A stretch of 47,766 nucleotides of DNA from Bacteroidia bacterium (GTDB taxonomy: Bacteria > Bacteroidota > Bacteroidia > JABDFU01): NCBI GenBank assembly GCA_016787005.1, contig JAEUTS010000295.1:1-47766 (forward strand), read 5' to 3'. The notes beneath the pieces were generated by a model. It made no database searches and was not told the origin of the DNA. It was given only the letters and a program-made list of their open reading frames with translations. This document shows, piece after piece, positions 26,901 through 34,665 of the stretch. Position 1 is the first letter of the stretch; each line of letters opens with the position of its first letter. The translations under genes and the position numbers were made by a program.

Positions 26901-27047
26901 TTTATCATCCGATCCGATTCCTCTTAATCTGTATTGAGCTAAGTCTTAACAGGATCATTTCAGTCTTCCTGGGTTGAGGTGCAGATAAACATTCGGAATC
27001 AGTGCGGGAATTATACCCATAGCCCTTAGGTACCTTTCCGATTTTTT

Positions 27048-27398
27048 TTAACCAAGCAAAACTTCATAAGGTAACTTTAATCCAATATGCAGTGCCTTTA
27101 TCATTTTTAATGATAAATTTCTCTGTCTTTTTAAAACCTGTGAGACAAGACTTTTGCTTCCAAAATATGAAACAACGTCTTTATTGCTGAGGCCTTTTTC
27201 TTCCATAGTGGATTTTATCGCTTCAATCGGGTCGGGCGCGTCAATAGGGTAATGTTTCTTTTCATAATCTTCTATCAATAGAACAAGCACTTGTCCTTTA
27301 TCACCTTCAGGAGTGTTAGGCTTGGCGTCAAAAACTTTTTCAAGCTCTTGTAATGCCTTTTGGTAGTCTCTTTCGTTTTTAATCGGAGCTAGCTTCAT
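27048..27398 (-). CDS. higA: HigA-type HTH antitoxin
   Basis: 116 aa, located 8 bp downstream of higB. The C-terminal GSKSLVSQVLKRQRNLSLKMIKALHIGL is an HTH of the COG5499/HigA-like type. Confidence 0.75.
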   Translation of the reverse strand: MKLAPIKNERDYQKALQELEKVFDAKPNTPEGDKGQVLVLLIEDYEKKHYPIDAPDPIEAIKSTMEEKGLSNKDVVSYFGSKSLVSQVLKRQRNLSLKMIKALHIGLKLPYEVLLG

Positions 27399-27406
27399 TT
27401 TATTTT

Positions 27407-27700
27407 TTAAATTGTTTCTGCATTGATCTTGTCATATTGAGCATGTGTACCTATAAATCGTATCCATGCCCATCCATATTTGTAATTAAACTTTACTATT
27501 AACCTGTATTCATTTCCCTTTATATTAAAAACAACCCTGTTATCTGTTATAATACTTGCAGAAGGATAGTCTGCCTTAATTTCCTTTGGTGATTTCCAAT
27601 TATCTGAAACGGCTTTTTTATACCATGTTTTTAATTGCGTTTCACAGTCCTCATGCTTTTCATAGAAAGCTCTTAATGTTCTGAATGCAACTATATTCAT
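27407..27700 (-). CDS. higB: HigB-type mRNA-interferase toxin
   Basis: 97 aa: MNIVAFRTLRAFYEKH...DNRVVFNIKGNEYRLIVKFNYKYGWAWIRFIGTHAQYDKI. This is a characteristic HigB_toxin family pattern. Confidence 0.85.
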   Translation of the reverse strand: MNIVAFRTLRAFYEKHEDCETQLKTWYKKAVSDNWKSPKEIKADYPSASIITDNRVVFNIKGNEYRLIVKFNYKYGWAWIRFIGTHAQYDKINAETI

Positions 27701-27708
27701 TATTAAGG

Positions 27709-27716
27709 CAAATATA
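27709..27716 (-). promoter_or_regulatory. Candidate higBA -7 box (TAtaTTTG on minus strand)
   Basis: Plus-strand caaatata. Only 8 nt separate it from the higB ATG, which implies a leaderless or near-leaderless mRNA. Confidence 0.35.
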
Positions 27717-27723
27717 CAAAAAA

Positions 27724-27740
27724 GTTCGCGTAATGCGAAC
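27724..27740. promoter_or_regulatory. Palindrome GTTCGC-N5-GCGAAC, candidate HigA operator
   Basis: Perfect 6-bp half sites directly upstream of the candidate higBA promoter. Confidence 0.35.
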
Positions 27741-27768
27741 CGGCATTGAATATATTAATATACTCATT

Positions 27769-27914
27769 TCAATGTCATTTAGTTAAGGTGATTTTTAAAC
27801 AATATCGAATATCGAACAAGGAATGATGAATGTCGAGGTGGTTGATTTACTTCATTATTCGATGTTCTCTGTTCGACATTCATTATTCTTTTTTTCTTAA
27901 CTAAACGACATTGA
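27769..27914. mobile_element. MITE-like / REP-like palindromic element with terminal inverted repeats
   Basis: Termini tcaatgtcatttagttaag and cttaactaaacgacattga are inverted repeats (18/19). An inner inverted repeat pairs gaatgatgaatgtcga (27821-27836) with tcgacattcattattc (27873-27888). The element is flanked by the direct repeat tactcatt at 27761-27768 and 27915-27922. Confidence 0.5.
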
Positions 27915-27922
27915 TACTCATT

Positions 27923-28834
27923 TTACAATTCCTCCATCAACACCTTATAAAGCTTCACCATACTTTCAATATCTTTTTTGTGCACCTTTTCATCCGGTGA
28001 ATGTACGTGATCCTCGGGTGCGCCGATAAAGCACCAGTCAATAGGGTAGGGTGAGCGCTGAACTGAATTGCCATCACTTCCGCCGCTGGCTTCCACTTCA
28101 AGCTGGTATGTCAGTTTGTGTTTTTTTGCAATGGAAATAATTTTGTTCACATAACTCCTGCGTGGCAATCCTGAATCGCGTAAAGAAATAGCGACACCTT
28201 TTCCGTGCTGCACACCTTCCGTAACCCAGGTAATATCACTGATCAGCGTTTGTTGAACTTTGTATTTTTTATAAATGAATTTTGTAAGGTATTCAACGCT
28301 TCCTCCTCCATGTTCTTCCCAGCAGGAGAACACGATGATGCCATCCTTCAATGTTTCAGCTACTTTTAATGCATTCCACACACCGAGCCGGTTATCCATA
28401 TAGCAACATTGTACAAAATCTTTCGTTTCTCTGAAATCGGGTTTGAAGGTGAGCATAGTTCCGCGGTCAATGTCGCGCTTAAATGTGTATGAGAGACTTT
28501 TATCTTTGTTAACTTTCAATGTGCATTCAATTTTTCCTTTGCTATCTGTCCCAACCAGTTTGTACCCATTTTTGGTCTGAGGGCCGCCAATTTTTATTAA
28601 TTGTTTATTGTATCGTACGGTAAAACCAATGGAGTCCATGTGGGCAAAAATGGCGGTTCGGGGTTTTCCAAATACCAACACTATACAATCCTGGAAAGCC
28701 TTTCCATGGAATAGTTTTGGTTTAAAAGCCCATTTTGACTTGTTTTTCTCAATATAACCCAATAAAAAGTCTTTCATGGCCACTTCATTTCCTGAAGGAG
28801 CTTCGATCCGGCACATTTTCTTAAGTAATTCCAT
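27923..28834 (-). CDS. M42-like (M20/M42 clan MH) metallo-aminopeptidase
   Basis: [28 protein letters not shown] and CWEEHGGG. I chose the ATG at 28834 (M16 of the track ORF) because it matches the usual family N-terminus. Confidence 0.65.
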   Translation of the reverse strand: MELLKKMCRIEAPSGNEVAMKDFLLGYIEKNKSKWAFKPKLFHGKAFQDCIVLVFGKPRTAIFAHMDSIGFTVRYNKQLIKIGGPQTKNGYKLVGTDSKGKIECTLKVNKDKSLSYTFKRDIDRGTMLTFKPDFRETKDFVQCCYMDNRLGVWNALKVAETLKDGIIVFSCWEEHGGGSVEYLTKFIYKKYKVQQTLISDITWVTEGVQHGKGVAISLRDSGLPRRSYVNKIISIAKKHKLTYQLEVEASGGSDGNSVQRSPYPIDWCFIGAPEDHVHSPDEKVHKKDIESMVKLYKVLMEEL

Positions 28835-29053
28835 GTTAATAATTTGTTGAAAAGTTTGATTTAATGCCAAAATAGCCATACATTTGTTGCGTTGTAAAAA
28901 TATTTACTGTTTTATGCAACATTTTAAAATTAGCTGCGTTAAAGTTAATTAAACAAGTTTCATTTAACCCGTTTCTTTTCACAAGAAACATAAAAAAAGG
29001 AAGATCATAAGATAAACTGCTACTTTTTTATTTAGTGTTAACTAAGCTAAAAA

Positions 29054-29059
29054 AGGAGG
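29054..29059 (+). promoter_or_regulatory. Strong Shine-Dalgarno AGGAGG
   Basis: aaaaAGGAGGtacctATG, with 5-nt spacing to the ATG at 29065. Confidence 0.5.
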
Positions 29060-29064
29060 TACCT

Positions 29065-29670
29065 ATGCGTACGCAGCAGCAACTTATGGACGACCAGAAA
29101 CTCGTAAGCCTTTATATCCAAGGTAACGAGTCAGCCCTCGAAACACTTATTCTTCGCCACAAGAGACGTTTGTTCTCTTATATCATGACCATTGCCAATG
29201 ATCGTGATCTTGCTGAAGACGTATTCCAGGAAACTTTCTTTAAGGTTATTAACACACTTCGTAAGGGACAATATAACGAAGAAGGCAAATTTTTGCCCTG
29301 GGTGGAGCGTATAGCGCATAACCTCTTAATTGATCACTTCAGGAAGGATAACCGTATGCCCACTGTAAGCGGAGGATCGAATGAGGATGGTGAAGAGTTT
29401 GACATTTTTGATCTGATTGGCAATGGAGAATTGAATGCCGAGCAGGAAATATCCAAACGTCAGCTGAATAAAGATATTCGTAAAATGGTATCTAAACTGC
29501 CTGAAGATCAGCGAGAAGTGTTGATGATGCGCCATTATTACGACATGAGTTTTAAAGAAATTGCTGATACTACAAACGTGAGTATAAATACCGCGCTTGG
29601 CCGTATGCGTTATGCCCTGATCAACCTGCGTAAAATGATCGAAGAGCATGGCCTTGTAATGTCGGCCTGA
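29065..29670 (+). CDS. Sigma-70-family (ECF-type) RNA polymerase sigma factor
   Basis: Region 2 (DLAEDVFQETFFKVI...WVERIAHNLLIDHFR) and region 4 (EVLMMRHYYDMSFKEIADTTNVSINTALGRMRYALINLRK). I chose the ATG at 29065 over the GTG at 29035 because of the SD. Confidence 0.85.
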   Translation: MRTQQQLMDDQKLVSLYIQGNESALETLILRHKRRLFSYIMTIANDRDLAEDVFQETFFKVINTLRKGQYNEEGKFLPWVERIAHNLLIDHFRKDNRMPTVSGGSNEDGEEFDIFDLIGNGELNAEQEISKRQLNKDIRKMVSKLPEDQREVLMMRHYYDMSFKEIADTTNVSINTALGRMRYALINLRKMIEEHGLVMSA

Positions 29671-29741
29671 TTTTTTAGTGGAACACAATATGTTAAAAAA
29701 TGTTGCGTTATATAGTTGTAATGACTAAAACCTACAACTGA

Positions 29742-29933
29742 ATGCACAAAACCACTACTCTAAAAAGCTTAGTTAAATTAAACATTAAAAGTTCAGAACT
29801 AATTCAGGAAACCTTCAACGGCAGAGAGTATGAACCATCAGCCATGGTTATTAATAACATACTTAACTACTCAAAAGCGTTGAGTGTACGTAGAACAAAT
29901 TTGTTAGGTGCAGTTGATATGGTATTGAACTGA
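29742..29933 (+). CDS. Small hypothetical protein downstream of the sigma factor
   Basis: 63-aa ORF located 71 bp after the sigma gene and followed by the terminator hairpin. No recognisable motif and no TM segment. Confidence 0.35.
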   Translation: MHKTTTLKSLVKLNIKSSELIQETFNGREYEPSAMVINNILNYSKALSVRRTNLLGAVDMVLN

Positions 29934-29950
29934 TTATATTATTTAACTTA

Positions 29951-29985
29951 CACAAACGCCTCCAATTAAATTGGGGGCGTTTGTG
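29951..29985. terminator. Rho-independent-type hairpin between convergent genes
   Basis: cacaaacgcctcca-attaaat-tgggggcgtttgtg forms a 14-bp stem with one G-U. It is followed by ttta on the plus strand. It sits between the plus-strand sigma unit and the minus-strand SprB-repeat gene. Confidence 0.6.
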
Positions 29986-30030
29986 TTTATATGAATTTCT
30001 GAGTCGAGAAGGCCCTGAATACATGGTGCA

Positions 30031-32190
30031 TCAAGGCGTTGTCAATATAGTATTTATGCTGCAACCATTTTTGTCCCTGATATTTATTGTGTAAGTGCCC
30101 GGGCAAAGTTGATTTTTATACCTGTTCAGGTATCCATCAGGCCAGGTGTAAGTATATGGACTTGTACCACCCGTTGCTGTTATTAATATCCATTCTCTGC
30201 AACCGCAGCCACCTGAGACGGAGCAGCTTGATGTACCTTTGGTAAATTGACCGGTCAGGGCCGGTGGGGAAGATAATGTTACGGAAGAAGTGGCAGTGCA
30301 CCCGCCCGATATGTCTGTTACTGTAACTGAATAAGTGCCCGGTACAAGGTTGTTTATTGATTGTGTTGTCGCTGTTGTATTCCATAGATAACTTAAAGTG
30401 CCTGAACCGCTCGCATTTACTGTTGCGCTTCCTGTAGGCTGACCATTACAATTTATAGGGGTCGATGTGATACTACTTATCGTCGGAGGTGAACCGCCTC
30501 CTGTAACCGTTATCGTTCCGGTTCTTTTGCAGCCGTTGACCGGGTTTGTTACTGTAACAGTATAAGTTCCTGCCTTGTTAACAGTCGGGGTTGAGGTATT
30601 TCCACCAGATATGATACCGGGCCCTGACCAGCTATATGTTACACCGGATGTGGAAGAACTTGCTGTAAGAGTGCTGCTGCCTGTACTGCAATTGAGCGTT
30701 AATGAACCACCTGTAGTTAAATTAGGAGGCGTTGTATTATTTGTTACTGTTACAGTTCCCGTTTTTGTACACCCGCTGACCGGATCAGTAACAGTGACTG
30801 TGTATGTCCCCGCAAAAATTACTGTTGCGTTAGGAGTTGATCCACCGGAACTAATTCCAAACCCTGTCCACTTAAATGTAGCGCCAGGAGTAGTCGAACC
30901 AGCCGAGACAATTCCATTTGTTACCACGCAATTTAACGTTACGGGTCCGCCGGTTGTAAGATTTGGAATGGTTATGTTAGATGTAACGGTCACGGTGCCT
31001 GTCTTGCTGCATCCACTGCCATCTGTAACGGTTACTGTATAAGTGTTGGGCGCGTTTACAGCAGGACTTGAAGTAGTTCCGCCGGAAACAATACCCGTAC
31101 CTGACCATGAATAGGTAACGCCCGGTGTTGTAGACGATGCTGAAATAGTTGTGGTTGCAGAGGCACAGCCCAGCGTTTTGTCGGGACCGGTTGTTAAATT
31201 CGGAGGAGTGCCGCCTGTAGTCAGTGTATAAGTGGCAGTCGCGCTGCAGCCGTTTGAACTTGTAACGGTCAATGTATATGTTCCGGCTCCGGTTACAGAA
31301 GTACTTTGGTTTGCAGGAGAGGCAATCGTTGAACCTGACGGTCCCGTCCATGAATATGTTGGTGATGTAATAGAAGTGGTTCCTGTGAGAGTAACAGTTG
31401 AAGACCCACAGTTAGCGGCTGTAGAAGTAATTGAAGCTGTTGGTTTTCCTGCATTTATATTACCAATAACAATGTACTGGTAGTAAGGATCTGTGCCATT
31501 GTTATTACCCGAACACCCGCTGCCCGCATTTGAAATAGTAGAATTTGATTTGTATGTGATCTTTATAGATGCGATATTACCTGTTGGAAATGTAAAGCGA
31601 ACGCTGCTCATCGCATTTCCTCCTGTACTGGTAGGTGTTGTAGAAGCAACAGTTCCTGTTGAGCTGTTGTAGCTATTATTAGGAACTAAACCCGAAACAG
31701 TTGGATAAACGGTTGTTCCCCCGCTGTTTTTAGCTGAAACAGTTACCACATCGGAGAAAGCATAGGTGCCGCCATCTGTATTAATATCAAAAATGTCAAA
31801 ATATACAGGTGCGCAAACGGGTGGAGTAAAAGTAATATCAACATCTACTGAACAGGTGACGGTCGGCCATTCAACAGCCAGTAAGAGTCCGGTAAGATTA
31901 TAATCACCTGAGCCACTTGCTGTGATATATCGTGGTGAATACGGGGAAGTCCCGTTAACGGTAGGATTGCTGAAAAATTTAGAAGATACTTTCGAACCAA
32001 CATATTGAGTGCATGCGGAAGAGCCCGGGACATTTGGTGTTACAACCGCGCTCATGCCGCCTGTAACATATGTGTATGGCGTAAAACTTGTCTGGCTTGC
32101 TGTATACCCGCTCCAGGGAAAAACCTGGGAGATACAATCTAACGATGAGAGAATAATGATACTGAATAATGGGATCCTTTTTAAAAACAT
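30031..32190 (-). CDS. Secreted Thr/Gly/Ser-rich cell-surface protein with tandem Ig-like and SprB-type repeats, no recognisable T9SS CTD
   Basis: Signal peptide MFLKRIPLFSIIILSSL. Repeated ...PNLTTGG..TLNC.....GVTYSWSG.GI.SGG...P.VN.AGTYTVTVTD..GC.KTGTVTVT units. The terminal units CNGQPTGSATVNASG...YLWN...PGTYSVTVTD are SprB-repeat-like. Confidence 0.8.
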   Translation of the reverse strand: MFLKRIPLFSIIILSSLDCISQVFPWSGYTASQTSFTPYTYVTGGMSAVVTPNVPGSSACTQYVGSKVSSKFFSNPTVNGTSPYSPRYITASGSGDYNLTGLLLAVEWPTVTCSVDVDITFTPPVCAPVYFDIFDINTDGGTYAFSDVVTVSAKNSGGTTVYPTVSGLVPNNSYNSSTGTVASTTPTSTGGNAMSSVRFTFPTGNIASIKITYKSNSTISNAGSGCSGNNNGTDPYYQYIVIGNINAGKPTASITSTAANCGSSTVTLTGTTSITSPTYSWTGPSGSTIASPANQSTSVTGAGTYTLTVTSSNGCSATATYTLTTGGTPPNLTTGPDKTLGCASATTTISASSTTPGVTYSWSGTGIVSGGTTSSPAVNAPNTYTVTVTDGSGCSKTGTVTVTSNITIPNLTTGGPVTLNCVVTNGIVSAGSTTPGATFKWTGFGISSGGSTPNATVIFAGTYTVTVTDPVSGCTKTGTVTVTNNTTPPNLTTGGSLTLNCSTGSSTLTASSSTSGVTYSWSGPGIISGGNTSTPTVNKAGTYTVTVTNPVNGCKRTGTITVTGGGSPPTISSITSTPINCNGQPTGSATVNASGSGTLSYLWNTTATTQSINNLVPGTYSVTVTDISGGCTATSSVTLSSPPALTGQFTKGTSSCSVSGGCGCREWILITATGGTSPYTYTWPDGYLNRYKNQLCPGTYTINIRDKNGCSINTILTTP
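30510..31445 (-). repeat. Intragenic tandem repeats (about 4 units of roughly 76 aa, or about 228 bp)
   Basis: Read from the protein periodicity between aa ~250 and ~560 of the 719-aa ORF. The boundaries are approximate. Confidence 0.55.
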
Positions 32191-32237
32191 AAATTGAATG
32201 TCTCGGATAAACTATTTAACCTATCATTTAACACTCT

Positions 32238-32245
32238 CAAATTTA
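32238..32245 (-). promoter_or_regulatory. Candidate -7 box (TAaaTTTG on minus strand)
   Basis: Plus-strand caaattta, 48 nt upstream of the ATG at 32190. Confidence 0.4.
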
Positions 32246-32339
32246 TCGAAACAGATCGTTTTAAAATAGAGGGCTGGCCCCCTGATAGGTATTCGTAATC
32301 ATCTGGTTGAGGATGGAGGTCGGCCAGTATCCGGTTAGA

Positions 32340-34610
32340 TCACTTTAATAATTCTTTCAGTTTTTTAAACGCCTCCTGGTTTTCAGGTAAGTCAATTGAT
32401 CCGAGTACCTGGCGTTTTTCTCTGTTAGTGAGGTGCCAACTCAGGGAAATATTCTCTTTTTGATTACGTTTCATCTCAAAATTTATAATGTCCACTTTTT
32501 GATCGAACCACAGGCTGGCGTATTGCAGCAATTGATCCTGGTTGAAATCCTGAATATTAAACAGGTTGCTGTATAATAAGCCTAATGGCAACAGAACATT
32601 TTGCAGAATATTCCGGGTAGGATTCTCATCGATCGGTGATTCTTTCTTTTTGTCACGTATCTGTATAATTACAACTCCGCTTGTATTGCTGGTTATCCAG
32701 TTGCGTAAAGCGTACATGTATTTAAGGGATGTTTCAAGGCCGAAATTATCACGCATACCCGCGTCAAGAACTTCAATTCGGGGTTCGCTTGGCAATGAAA
32801 CAATGGGGGAGATATACGGGAAGGTTGCACTCATGCGCAGCACACTGGTGAAATGTACATTTTGTGCACCTTGCTTTTCAAAGAGGCGGCCAAAATCAAT
32901 TGCATCATAAATAGGCTGAATATTCAGGTTCTTTGTATACGAATTTTGAGTGAGATAGGAGATCGGCTGTGCTGATATAAGCATCTTCCGGCCATCGTTC
33001 GCTACTGTTGGTGAAAAGATCATCATTGGTATAATGGCTTCCGACTCAGCTTGTTTATAGTCGTGCAGTCTCTTGTCAAGTATACCATCGGTGTTCTGGT
33101 TAAGTCTCCATTCGAAAGCATATGCGCGGTCCTTGTTGTATTTATAATATCCTTTTTCAACTTTTTGAAGCGGAAAGAAAAAATCATTTACGGCAAGACT
33201 GAAAGCAATAGGATTGAGGATGTCTTTTCCCATATTGTTTTTATATTCCGGAAGATACATATTGTCTATTTTTCCCGACTGGTGCTGCCAGTATAATTCC
33301 CGCAGGTAAGCGGCACCAATCATTCCTCCTGAAGAACCGGTAATGAGTTGCGTATGTTTTAGTAATTCTCCGCCAGTTATGCTGTCAGCATATTGCAGTG
33401 AATAGAATGTCCACAGTGAAGCTCTTAGTCCGCCACCCGTAGTGTTTACTAGAACAAGTTTAGGCTTGGCCGACTTCTCACTTATGTTTTTTAACCGCCA
33501 GCGATTTAGTATCTCAATGGCGTATTTAACATCGCTCTGATCGCAAACACTATCGCAAGACATCTTGTTGAGCGCCTCGTTTGTAAAGGGCGCTTTTTCA
33601 ATTCCATAATTCAATCCATACGCTTTATTGTAGTTACTGAAAACATCGAGTTTGTAAAGCGAATTAACGATCAGGAAAATAGTAATAAGCAGTAAACTTG
33701 CCCAGCCGCGAATCCACACATATAGCGCGCTGCTTAACATCAGGAACATCGTGAATAAAAGAAAAATGCTTGCACCGGCCGGGATAATGAAAAAAGGAAC
33801 ATTTTGAAAAAAGCTTAAAACAAACAAAGTAATGGCGGCGAATAAAACAAAAATAAAGGCGTTTCGGTGGTTTTGTTTGAATACATTACGTAACATTTCT
33901 TTTTTATAGTGCCGCACAGGCCGTACGAGTTTATTTACAAAGGGCATCGTCCAATAGGTTTCCACATACCAGTCGCGCGATTCCTTGATTAGGTTGAGGT
34001 TCTTCCATTCTATTCTTTGCCTGTTAGGCCGCAGAGTTTCTTTGGTTGTATCCTGACCGCGGACACCGAACATTTTATAAATGTCTTTATTGATGGTGAA
34101 GAAATAAGAGATGGAAAGAATTATAAAAGAGACAATGCCGGCAATGAGTCCCGAAATAAGGATGATGATCTGGAAGGTACTGAATACCTGCTCACTTAAC
34201 TGGAACCTGAATATATTGTAAATATATGTGACAATAAATAAAGCGGGAATAACAGAATTGTTCGTGCAGTATTTAAAAAACGGGTTATATAAAGTAGCTA
34301 TGAACGGGAACCGGTAACCATTCATGATATAACTTGAAATATTGAAAGCCATTATAAAACCCCCGCAGGCAAAACCAACGATAAAATAAGACAGGAAATT
34401 TATTCTGTCAAAGTATTCGGGACTGAGAAAAAGATAAGGTACACCATATCGGGGAGCGATCTGTTCCGTTACAAAACCAAACATGATTGCCCAAAAGATC
34501 ATCAATGTCAGGTTCTTTTTGATATGAACCATCAGCAATTGAATGGAAAAGGAGAATATAAATCTTCTTAACCAATCGTACTTGAGCAATATTCTGTTCA
34601 TCCCGATCAT
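32340..34610 (-). CDS. Membrane-anchored patatin-like phospholipase (N-terminal multi-TM domain + patatin domain)
   Basis: About 8 hydrophobic segments in aa 1-320. These are followed by the oxyanion motif NTTGGGLRAS, the nucleophile LITGSSGGMIGA (GxSxG) and the catalytic Asp LDAGMRDNFG. Confidence 0.8.
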   Translation of the reverse strand: MIGMNRILLKYDWLRRFIFSFSIQLLMVHIKKNLTLMIFWAIMFGFVTEQIAPRYGVPYLFLSPEYFDRINFLSYFIVGFACGGFIMAFNISSYIMNGYRFPFIATLYNPFFKYCTNNSVIPALFIVTYIYNIFRFQLSEQVFSTFQIIILISGLIAGIVSFIILSISYFFTINKDIYKMFGVRGQDTTKETLRPNRQRIEWKNLNLIKESRDWYVETYWTMPFVNKLVRPVRHYKKEMLRNVFKQNHRNAFIFVLFAAITLFVLSFFQNVPFFIIPAGASIFLLFTMFLMLSSALYVWIRGWASLLLITIFLIVNSLYKLDVFSNYNKAYGLNYGIEKAPFTNEALNKMSCDSVCDQSDVKYAIEILNRWRLKNISEKSAKPKLVLVNTTGGGLRASLWTFYSLQYADSITGGELLKHTQLITGSSGGMIGAAYLRELYWQHQSGKIDNMYLPEYKNNMGKDILNPIAFSLAVNDFFFPLQKVEKGYYKYNKDRAYAFEWRLNQNTDGILDKRLHDYKQAESEAIIPMMIFSPTVANDGRKMLISAQPISYLTQNSYTKNLNIQPIYDAIDFGRLFEKQGAQNVHFTSVLRMSATFPYISPIVSLPSEPRIEVLDAGMRDNFGLETSLKYMYALRNWITSNTSGVVIIQIRDKKKESPIDENPTRNILQNVLLPLGLLYSNLFNIQDFNQDQLLQYASLWFDQKVDIINFEMKRNQKENISLSWHLTNREKRQVLGSIDLPENQEAFKKLKELLK

Positions 34611-34665
34611 CTGTTTCCCTGCTCCTGTTATACGTGAAAAGCCTTTAAGAGTTTCTGTTTAGAGA

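Noticed and set aside
30575-31483. Long alternative-frame and antisense ORFs (155, 124 and 83 aa) inside the SprB-repeat gene
   Set aside because: They lie entirely within a repetitive Thr/Gly/Ser-rich coding region, whose ACN/GGN codon bias removes stops from the other frames. Their translations are low-complexity (VTVTV..., RR/YR-rich) and have no start context.
30031-32190. Higher GC of the SprB-repeat gene as evidence for horizontal transfer
   Set aside because: The composition shift is explained by the extreme Thr/Gly/Ser/Pro content of the protein (ACN, GGN, CCN codons). SprB-type repeats and a TAaaTTTG promoter box fit a native Bacteroidota gene.
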